A DNA stretch of 64,000 bases, taken from positions 1,066 to 65,065 of the forward strand of contig NCBJ01000005.1 of NCBI GenBank assembly GCA_002255585.1, in the 5' to 3' direction. Shown piece after piece: positions 20,327 through 27,270 of the stretch. This DNA comes from Parcubacteria group bacterium 21-54-25 (lineage in GTDB: Bacteria > Patescibacteriota > Minisyncoccia > Phycocordibacterales > Phycocordibacteraceae). The notes beneath the pieces were generated by a model. The model had not been told where the DNA came from. It was given only the letters and a program-made list of their open reading frames with translations, and did not search any database. Positions within the stretch are counted from its first letter, which is position 1, and each line of letters starts with the position of its first letter. The translations under genes and the position numbers were made by a program.

Positions 20327-20397
20327 GACGAGCAACAGATTCCTCTGAAGCTCGCCCAATAAACCAGTGGAGATATCGCATCTCCACATCGAAAGAA

Positions 20398-20931
20398 CTA
20401 TACTAGTTTCGCCGTCGAGAGGCCCATACCGAGGGCCTCCTCGACAGTAATTTTTTTTCCATGCAGTCCGGGCGTTGCCTGGACGCTGCTCGGGCGGACC
20501 GGCTCGCCCGGGTGCACGGTGAAGACGATCTCGCGACCGTCTTCCTCCCCGACGATGAGGACAAGGAAGTCAACATCGTCACCCCGGACGCCCTCTACAA
20601 CCGCCGACACCCGGCCGGTGCCCTTACGGTCGTCGAGGGTGACGGTGGTTCCGGCGGGTAACTCCGCCAGAGGCTTGACCCCGAGGAGCCCGCGAAGGCT
20701 CCGCGTCCGAAAGGCCGTGCAGCCCTCCGAAATAGCCGGATGGGAGTACGCCTCCCACTCCGCCTCAAGGAGCGCTTGCTCCAACTCCTCAGGGGTGCTC
20801 ACACCTAAAATCACCGACCCGACCCCGCCGCCAGGAAGACGCTGCTCGAGCGTCTTCCGCCAATATTGTGCGTCTACCACCTTGGTAAACGCAATTGCGG
20901 TTACTACTACCTTCTTTCCTTTCATGTTCAT
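20398..20931 (-). CDS. Hypothetical protein (177 aa, acidic)
   Basis: GAGAGGTG SD 4 nt before ATG 20931; flanked by the two 45-bp repeat copies. Confidence 0.5.
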   Translation of the reverse strand: MNMKGKKVVVTAIAFTKVVDAQYWRKTLEQRLPGGGVGSVILGVSTPEELEQALLEAEWEAYSHPAISEGCTAFRTRSLRGLLGVKPLAELPAGTTVTLDDRKGTGRVSAVVEGVRGDDVDFLVLIVGEEDGREIVFTVHPGEPVRPSSVQATPGLHGKKITVEEALGMGLSTAKLV

Positions 20932-20956
20932 GTTGCACCTCTCTTTTTGAAGAATT

Positions 20957-21001
20957 ATCTCTTTGGAAACTCGAACGCGTGCTCAAGTTCCCAAAAGATA
21001 G
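20957..21001. repeat. 45-bp perfect direct repeat, copy 2
   Basis: Identical to 20282-20326; 25 bp upstream of the 20931 start. Confidence 0.9.
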
Positions 21002-21034
21002 CCTGACTCGATACAAACAAAGCACCGAGTCAGG
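21002..21034 (-). terminator. Hairpin CCTGACTCG-15nt-CGAGTCAGG downstream of minus gene 21050-21499
   Basis: 9-bp perfect stem immediately after stop codon. Confidence 0.4.
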
Positions 21035-21049
21035 CAAGAACAACATGAG

Positions 21050-21499
21050 TCAGTCGTCGTAGGCTCCGCTGAGCTCTACGAAGCCCTCCTCAACCGGAAA
21101 CTCAGACATGTGATCATCGGCAGTGGTGTCCCACCGCCAGTCTTTCGAGGACTCCACCATCAGGAGTCCTCGCTGCTCCGCTTCGCGGAACAGCGCCCTA
21201 AAGGACTCCGATAAGGTACCGTGGAAGTTCAGGGCGTGCCGCCTGCCGTCAAACTCCACGGTCACACTCACGAGCCCTTCTTGCCCCGGCCCCTCCAAGA
21301 GCGTATGGAGAACCAGTCTCCATACATTTGGCGGCTCATGCCGCCCCATTTTCAATACGATCTGCCCCGGGGAGCAGATCAGCTCTTCTCCCTCGTTGCT
21401 TCTCAGGTCGGCCGCGAGGCCGGCCCCGATACCCACCAGGAGCTCTACGAGCTCCTGGTACTGCCGCCTCGTGGCGGCCACGGTCGTGTGAACTTTCAT
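21050..21499 (-). CDS. Hypothetical protein (149 aa, acidic C-terminus)
   Basis: GGAGGA SD 3 nt before ATG 21499; GC-rich codon usage. Confidence 0.5.
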   Translation of the reverse strand: MKVHTTVAATRRQYQELVELLVGIGAGLAADLRSNEGEELICSPGQIVLKMGRHEPPNVWRLVLHTLLEGPGQEGLVSVTVEFDGRRHALNFHGTLSESFRALFREAEQRGLLMVESSKDWRWDTTADDHMSEFPVEEGFVELSGAYDD

Positions 21500-21829
21500 A
21501 ATTCCTCCTCGCCCGTTTCTGGGCTTAAGAATTTTTCCGAGAAACCGCTCGGGGCGGATGGCGGCGACGTACCACCTTAATCCCCTTATAAATGGGGAGT
21601 ATTTATTTAGGAATTGCTTTGCAATCCCTCATACCGCACCCAGCGCACGGATTGCGCGATGAGTCCGGCAGCGAGGAATAACAACGCGGTTGTTACACAC
21701 GCGAACAATTGTTCCGCGTTATTCCCAAACTACCTATTCAATTTTCAAGCAACATCCTGCCTCTTTAAATCGCAGGGAGAAGTCGGTGGCGACGCAATAA
21801 AATAACTGCCCTCGCCGACCGGCTTCTTC

Positions 21830-22000
21830 CAACGAAAAATGACTGGCTCTAGTAGGAGAGCCAGTCATTTTTCAGTCTGGAAACTTCGGGGACGCCGCAT
21901 ATCGTATGCTTTGATCGCGTTCTCCCTAAGACTCTCTTCTCTAAGAAATCATCTTTTATGTTGATTTGTAAGGTTCTTTCGTGCCCGCGCTCTTTCTTTG
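21830..22000 (-). ncRNA. Candidate ~170-nt small RNA (promoter-to-terminator unit with no ORF longer than 11 codons)
   Basis: Minus-strand TTGACA(22036-22031)-17 nt-TGcTAATAT(22013-22008) extended -10 promoter; intrinsic terminator 21836-21872; AT-rich 670-bp noncoding gap. Confidence 0.35.
21836..21872. terminator. Bidirectional intrinsic terminator
   Basis: AAAAATGACTGGCTCT-agtagg-AGAGCCAGTCATTTTT, 15-bp perfect stem flanked by A/T tracts. Confidence 0.7.
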
Positions 22001-22007
22001 TGTCTGT

Positions 22008-22036
22008 ATATTAGCATGGACAGTATATTTTGTCAA
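22008..22036 (-). promoter_or_regulatory. Near-consensus sigma70-type promoter (minus strand)
   Basis: TTGACA / 17-nt spacer / TG-n-TAATAT. Confidence 0.5.
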
Positions 22037-22172
22037 GTGCTTTTCCTCGGTATTCCTGCGGGCTTGTAACCTCATTACCTGCCACAATATTAGCACGAGT
22101 ATTAATATATGTCAAGCCCTCGACCGGTGCCGTAAGGCATCATCGATCAGGGGCTTGTTTTTAGCTTTTTAT

Positions 22173-22772
22173 TTATCTGCCACGCTCCGTCGCGTCGAAG
22201 CGGGCTTCGACGGCGGACCAGTTGAGGTTTTTAAAGAAGGCGTCCACGTAGCTCGACTTCTCAGCCGGGACGTAGTCCACCATGAAGGCGTGCTCCCAGA
22301 GGTCGAGCGCAAGCAGGACCGGAAGCCCCGCGAGCTGACCAATTTCGTGGTCGTTTACGAAGACGGTGTGGAGTGTTTTGCCTGCCGGATCGAAATACAC
22401 GACGACCCAGCCGATGCCGCGGCTGCCGGCGACCTCACGCACGTGGGCAATGAGATTTTCGTAGCTGCCGTATTTTTCCTCGGCCGCCTTTGCAAGTGCG
22501 CTGGCGGTATTTTGTTCCTTTGCGCCACCTTCAAACTGCTCGAAATAATGCTCATGCATGCGCATACCGTTGAACTCAAACGCAAACCGGCGGCGCAGCT
22601 CGGCGATGAGGTACGCATTCGCTTCTTTCTCTTCCGCTAGCTCGGCTATTTTCTGCCGGATGAGGTTAGTGTGTTTTACATACCCAGCGTAAAGCCCGAG
22701 GTGCACCTCTATTTGTGTAGCGGACAATCCAGAAAGTTCGGGGATGTTGAATGTGCGTGTTTTGTATTCCAT
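22173..22772 (-). CDS. sodA: Fe/Mn superoxide dismutase
   Basis: FNIPELSGL N-terminus, DLWEHAFMVDY metal-ligand signature; start set to ATG 22772 (ORF track extends to 22934). Confidence 0.85.
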   Translation of the reverse strand: MEYKTRTFNIPELSGLSATQIEVHLGLYAGYVKHTNLIRQKIAELAEEKEANAYLIAELRRRFAFEFNGMRMHEHYFEQFEGGAKEQNTASALAKAAEEKYGSYENLIAHVREVAGSRGIGWVVVYFDPAGKTLHTVFVNDHEIGQLAGLPVLLALDLWEHAFMVDYVPAEKSSYVDAFFKNLNWSAVEARFDATERGR

Positions 22773-22825
22773 ATATACATAGTATACACGAACGCGCGCC
22801 TTGTTTCGCGTGGTACCATTTTCGT

Positions 22826-23167
22826 ATGCCCTTTGAACACCCCGGCATGCCAGAAAGACACGCGGCCGCAATGGACGCGAGGATGGAGCGCCTTGCGCTT
22901 TCGGATTTGAAGCTACAGCCATACTTGATGGCACGACTCTTTGCGCTCTCTCATCCCGATGTGCGTTTGGACGATCCCGACGCGCGCACGCTTGCTGCGC
23001 GGGAGTGGGTTGCTGACGCTTCCGACCCGCAAACGCCTGCGGCGCGTTTCAGGCGCTATGTGGAAAAGAAGGCACAGGACGGAACACCACACGAAGTGGC
23101 GCTCACTGACGCAGCGTTCGATGAAATTCTTCGTGCCATCGGTGTGCTGCCCGAGACGGTGCACTGA
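22826..23167 (+). CDS. Hypothetical protein (113 aa)
   Basis: Divergent from sodA; ATG 22826 chosen over upstream TTG/ATG extension. Confidence 0.4.
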   Translation: MPFEHPGMPERHAAAMDARMERLALSDLKLQPYLMARLFALSHPDVRLDDPDARTLAAREWVADASDPQTPAARFRRYVEKKAQDGTPHEVALTDAAFDEILRAIGVLPETVH

Positions 23168-23240
23168 CCGACGAAAACGCTAAATTGTTATTCATCCAAG
23201 GTACTTGCAGTTGCCGCAAGTCCGTATACACTAAAGCTAT

Positions 23241-23621
23241 ATGCCTGAAAAATTTCCAACAAACAAACCAGCATCAACAGCAGCAAGCGGTACTCATAAC
23301 GAAGGTTCTGACGAAGACATCATGGTACAGAAAGTACACGACGCGCTGCGCCCCGAAAACGAGCGCAGAGGGAATCCGCTTACCGGCGAAGAACTTCTTT
23401 TTGTGGCAAGAGTATATGCGGAGAATGCAAGGAAACGCGGACAGAATGTGGACCCAGAGAACATTCCCATGGACGAACTGTTTGCCGCTCGGGAAGAGAT
23501 TAAAAAAGTCGGTATACCGATTGTCGATCCAGGGACGGGAGATGTTCTTCACGCTAAGGATGAGGAGAGTGTGCGCAGGACGATAGAACAACACTCTAAA
23601 GACATCCGTGAAGGGAACTAA
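23241..23621 (+). CDS. Hypothetical protein (126 aa, charged)
   Basis: Clean ORF followed by bidirectional terminator; TATACA 10 nt upstream of ATG. Confidence 0.45.
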   Translation: MPEKFPTNKPASTAASGTHNEGSDEDIMVQKVHDALRPENERRGNPLTGEELLFVARVYAENARKRGQNVDPENIPMDELFAAREEIKKVGIPIVDPGTGDVLHAKDEESVRRTIEQHSKDIREGN

Positions 23622-23655
23622 CAACGCATAACCACAATCTCGCGCGTAAACGTAA

Positions 23656-23712
23656 AAAAGAAGGGCCGCCGCGATCTTCGGACCGCGACGGCCTTGGTGG
23701 TTTTTGGTTTTA
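23656..23712. terminator. Bidirectional intrinsic terminator between convergent genes
   Basis: AAAAAAG-AAGGGCCGCCGCG-loop-CCGCGACGGCCTT-GGTGGTTTTTGGTTTT. Confidence 0.65.
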
Positions 23713-23904
23713 ATGGATCCTCTCGTTTTTGCGCGCCTGATCTCTGGATGCCAGGACGCGCATCATCCGCAACGCCTGGAGCATTTTCCAGGGCGGCCAG
23801 TTCCTGCCGCGCAGTTTCCGGACGGTCTCCTCGCCCGGGTCGTACTCCAGGCGTAGCGAGGCGATTTGCCGCTCCGCCTCTGCATCATCTGGCATCTCTC
23901 GCAT
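23710..23904 (-). CDS. Small hypothetical protein (64 aa, Arg-rich)
   Basis: GAGGAGA SD 6 nt before ATG 23904. Confidence 0.4.
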   Translation of the reverse strand: MREMPDDAEAERQIASLRLEYDPGEETVRKLRGRNWPPWKMLQALRMMRVLASRDQARKNERIH

Positions 23905-23963
23905 ATCGGCTCTCCTCGTCAAGGAACTTTACTTAAACAAAGTGTACAATACATTTTAAGACT

Positions 23964-24824
23964 ATGCAAACTGTCAGCCGCTCGCATACCGCCCTGTATC
24001 TTGGAATTATCGCGCTCTTGGTTGTCAATGCGTTCATCTGGTTAGCAGTATTTTCTGCTGGAGACGGCATGCTGCACATATCGTTTCTCGCTGTGGGCGA
24101 GGGCAGAGCGGTGCTCGTGCAAAGCCCGACCGGTGCAACCGTGCTCATAGACGGCGGCCCAGACCACGCAGTGCTGCGCGCGCTGCCCGCGGTGCTTGGG
24201 CCGCTCAACCGATCGCTCAATCTTGTCATTCTCACCAACCCGACCACCGCAAATGCTGGCGGGGTACCCGGCATCTTTGATCGCTACGACGTGCACGCAT
24301 TTATGGCTCCGGCCGTGCCAAACAGCAGCGTCGCCGCGCGCATGGCGGCCGCGGCCGCCGGAAACGAGCCGCAACTCGCCTATATTTCTGCAACGCGCGG
24401 CGCGCGCGTGGTTCTCGGCGCCGGCGCGTTCATCGACGTGCTTGCGCCAGATCGCGACGTGTCGGGCGTACGCGCCGAAACGGGTTCAACCGTGCTGCGT
24501 ATTGTGTATGGCGACACCGCCTTTCTGCTGCCAAGCGATGCGCCCGTTGGCGTTGAGCGTTGGCTGGCGCAGCTCGACGCTACGAGCACGCTTTCAAGCA
24601 CCGTGCTTGCCGTGGGGCACTTTGGCGCAAAAGACACGGTCGCTGGCGACTGGCTTTCGAAGGTGCGTCCGACGTACGCAGTCCTGTCCGTTGGACACAA
24701 TCCGTACGGCTACCCCGCCACCACGACACTCGCCACACTTGTGCGTGCCGGTGCGCGCGTGCTCACGACCGCGAGTGGCACCGTGGCGTTTGTGAGTGAT
24801 GGACAAGCGGTGTGGCGAAAATAA
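23964..24824 (+). CDS. ComEC/Rec2-type metallo-beta-lactamase domain protein with N-terminal TM anchor
   Basis: ISFLAVGEGRAVLVQSPTGATVLIDGG and VGHNPYGYP match ComEC C-terminal MBL domain; single TM helix at N-terminus. Confidence 0.65.
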   Translation: MQTVSRSHTALYLGIIALLVVNAFIWLAVFSAGDGMLHISFLAVGEGRAVLVQSPTGATVLIDGGPDHAVLRALPAVLGPLNRSLNLVILTNPTTANAGGVPGIFDRYDVHAFMAPAVPNSSVAARMAAAAAGNEPQLAYISATRGARVVLGAGAFIDVLAPDRDVSGVRAETGSTVLRIVYGDTAFLLPSDAPVGVERWLAQLDATSTLSSTVLAVGHFGAKDTVAGDWLSKVRPTYAVLSVGHNPYGYPATTTLATLVRAGARVLTTASGTVAFVSDGQAVWRK

Positions 24825-24854
24825 AAAAAGGTGCTGGCCGTCACGCCAGCACCG

Positions 24855-25523
24855 TCAATGTATCGTGGCTATTTGTTTTTCAAGCCACGCAATAACTTTT
24901 TTGTAGTCTGAAACAAGGATCTGGTGCCGGAGCACGAAGGGTAGGTAGTACTCTCGTGTCTCCGTTACCTTCATCACTACTTTCTTGCGCGGTATGATGT
25001 CGCACGAAAGACTCATGAGGTTGTCGAGACGGTCGGGAAGCTTCGTTTCAAACAACACCCGTTGGCGCGCAAGATCACGGAAGCGCTGGTGGTAGATGCG
25101 GTGCGCCTCATCACTTGAACGCCCTTCCTTGGTGCGTGGCGCGGACACCGCCGATACAATTGCCTCTACACCGTAGTTGAACTCGCGCTCCACAAACTCG
25201 CTCGTCCATATACCAAGCTCTTGTTCTTCATCAAACTCTCGGTTGTCGTGCAACAGACACGCAGTCAGCGTGTGCGCATCGCGCACCCCGACACGTTCAA
25301 GCGCAATAAGCGCGACGCGGCGCGGGTGTTCGATATACGGTTCTCCACGCAGTCGGCGCACGTCTGCAAACAGTTCCTCAGTCAAATCATGCGCTTTCAC
25401 GATCATTGCGTATTCAGCACTTTTCTTTAGAAAGTGCCGCCGCACGTGCTTCAGAAACGCTTCTCGACTTTCGGCGTTCTCGAGGAACGCCATTCGGTGC
25501 GGGTAAAACCCGTATGCGACCAT
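24855..25523 (-). CDS. HD-domain protein with RelA/SpoT-type (p)ppGpp hydrolase fold
   Basis: YIEHPRRVALIALERVGVRDAHTLTACLLHD resembles SpoT HD motif; AAGGAGG SD 6 nt before ATG 25523. Confidence 0.6.
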   Translation of the reverse strand: MVAYGFYPHRMAFLENAESREAFLKHVRRHFLKKSAEYAMIVKAHDLTEELFADVRRLRGEPYIEHPRRVALIALERVGVRDAHTLTACLLHDNREFDEEQELGIWTSEFVEREFNYGVEAIVSAVSAPRTKEGRSSDEAHRIYHQRFRDLARQRVLFETKLPDRLDNLMSLSCDIIPRKKVVMKVTETREYYLPFVLRHQILVSDYKKVIAWLEKQIATIH

Positions 25524-25595
25524 GGCAGCCTCCTTGGTTTGTCTATCTGTAAATGTGCAACTGGCCTCTCTATAGCACGGGCCGTGGGTATACAC

Positions 25596-25630
25596 AAACC
25601 CCGAGCCGGGCCTCGCCCGGCTCGGGGTTT
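25596..25630. terminator. Intrinsic terminator downstream of rpmB
   Basis: AAACCCCGAGCCGGG-cctcg-CCCGGCTCGGGGTTT perfect 15-bp stem. Confidence 0.65.
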
Positions 25631-25641
25631 GTGCGCCAAAC

Positions 25642-25884
25642 CTAAATCAGCCCGGCCTTTTTTAGTGTTGCGTACGCGCCGTTTTTCTTGATGTGGCGCA
25701 TGCCTTTCACGGAAACAGATGCCGTTATGGTCTTGCCAAGCTCCGCTACGAAAATGCGGCGCCTTTGCAAATTCGGCTGGCGCCGCGTCTTGCCCGTCGG
25801 GTTAAATTGCGTCGCACGCGTGCGGTTTGAGTACCGCCCACCGACTTGGGAGGTCTTGCCTGTAATGTCGCAAATGCGTGCCAT
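25642..25884 (-). CDS. rpmB: 50S ribosomal protein L28
   Basis: MARICDITGKTSQVGGRYSNRTRATQFNPTGKTRRQPNLQRRRIF L28 signature, 80 aa. Confidence 0.8.
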   Translation of the reverse strand: MARICDITGKTSQVGGRYSNRTRATQFNPTGKTRRQPNLQRRRIFVAELGKTITASVSVKGMRHIKKNGAYATLKKAGLI

Positions 25885-25918
25885 AGTGCTGCGCATGGTA
25901 CCATGCAAAGATAGCGAT

Positions 25919-26560
25919 ATGCAACTCGTCGACAGCAACACACTTTTCTTTATACTCATCCTCATATTTTCGGTTATCGTGCACGAGGTGGCGCACGGGT
26001 ATGCGGCGCATTCGCTCGGTGACCCGACCGCACGACTTGCAGGTCGTCTCACCCTAAACCCCATACCCCACATAGACCTTTTCGGGTCGATACTCATCCC
26101 TGCATTTCTTGTGCTCACCAACGCAGGAATTCTTTTTGGGTGGGCGAAGCCGGTACCGTACAATCCATACAATCTAAAAAATCAGCGATGGGGCGAAGCA
26201 CTCGTCGCGTTTGCTGGGCCGGGTACCAATCTGCTCATTGCGGTCATTTTCGCATTCATCGTCCGATTTTTCGGCACACTGCTTTCGCCGCAGGCACTGT
26301 CTCTTGCCGGGGCTATCATCCTCATAAACTTATTCCTCGGTCTCTTCAACCTCATTCCTATTCCGCCCTTTGACGGCTACACCGTGCTCTCTCGCGCCTT
26401 GTCGTATCGCCACGCGTTTGCTTTGCGCGCGTTCGAGCAACGCGTCCGTTCTTGGGGGCCGGTTGGACTTCTTGTTGTGCTATTCCTATTTATCACACTC
26501 CTTTCCGGCCCGTTTGCAAACCTTGTCTTCTTGCTTTTCCACCTGCTCGTGGGAGGATAA
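25919..26560 (+). CDS. Site-2 protease family (M50) membrane metallopeptidase
   Basis: HEVAHG zinc motif, NLIPIPPFDGY second motif, 5-6 TM; start ATG 25919 (ORF-track extension overlaps rpmB). Confidence 0.75.
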   Translation: MQLVDSNTLFFILILIFSVIVHEVAHGYAAHSLGDPTARLAGRLTLNPIPHIDLFGSILIPAFLVLTNAGILFGWAKPVPYNPYNLKNQRWGEALVAFAGPGTNLLIAVIFAFIVRFFGTLLSPQALSLAGAIILINLFLGLFNLIPIPPFDGYTVLSRALSYRHAFALRAFEQRVRSWGPVGLLVVLFLFITLLSGPFANLVFLLFHLLVGG

Positions 26561-26620
26561 GCGCACGTCTCGCGCCGCGAAAATCCAATACGCGCTTATT
26601 TATCAGTCTAAAATAACACT

Positions 26621-27103
26621 ATGGCAACCGAAAAAGCACCACAATCAACACTTAAAAACCTCTGGACTATCGCGACCATATCTTCGGCCATCGACAAGGA
26701 CAACAACACCCTTTCTCTCTTTGATATTCTCGAGGAGCTGACGCTCCAGGTGAGCGGGAGCATGCCCGAGCGCACGGTTATTCCCGTTAACCACCACCTT
26801 CTGAGCCTTTGGGAGCGCGAGGAGACCGGCACCCCGCTCACGCTCAAGTTTAAGGTGGTGCTGCGCGATCCGATAGGGAATATTCTGCACGAAAACCAGG
26901 CGGAAGTGGTCATGCAGGCGCCACACAAGCGCGCGCGTTTCCGCGCACAATTCAACGGCTTCCCAGTGAGTGTCCCTGGCATTTACCGCTACGAAATAGT
27001 GAGTCTTGAGCCGGAAAAAACGGGCGCGGAAATCCTCGGCGGGGTTGCCATAGAGGTCAAAGTGGCTCGTCAACCAATCAAAAGTCCGTACAGCCCGAGC
27101 TAA
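26621..27103 (+). CDS. Hypothetical protein (160 aa)
   Basis: Clean ORF, no recognisable motif. Confidence 0.45.
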   Translation: MATEKAPQSTLKNLWTIATISSAIDKDNNTLSLFDILEELTLQVSGSMPERTVIPVNHHLLSLWEREETGTPLTLKFKVVLRDPIGNILHENQAEVVMQAPHKRARFRAQFNGFPVSVPGIYRYEIVSLEPEKTGAEILGGVAIEVKVARQPIKSPYSPS

Positions 27104-27270
27104 GAGCCCAAAAGCAGTGTTTTAGGCATGTTTTGCCAGCGCAGGAGCTCTTTAGAATACATTTTTGAAAAATTGCCATATTGACAGCGATTGTGAGGGG
27201 TAGAGAATGAATGCACCACAACGCTTGGGGCGCTGGTTGGTTACTCTCTTATAATAAATAGTAAAAACCT

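Noticed and set aside
19846-20406. 186-aa + strand ORF
   Set aside because: Ser/Arg/Pro low-complexity translation with no start signals. The region is better explained by the minus-strand SD-led small gene and the 45-bp repeat.
20282-21001. Possible CRISPR or attachment-site repeats
   Set aside because: Only two copies, 45 bp, with an internal dyad, and no cas or integrase genes. Better explained as a duplicated operator/promoter.
21981-22640. 219-aa + strand ORF overlapping sodA
   Set aside because: Antisense shadow of the well-supported SOD gene; Cys/Leu-rich nonsense.
25688-25918. N-terminal extension of the M50 protease ORF
   Set aside because: Overlaps rpmB on the other strand. The conserved protease begins at ATG 25919.
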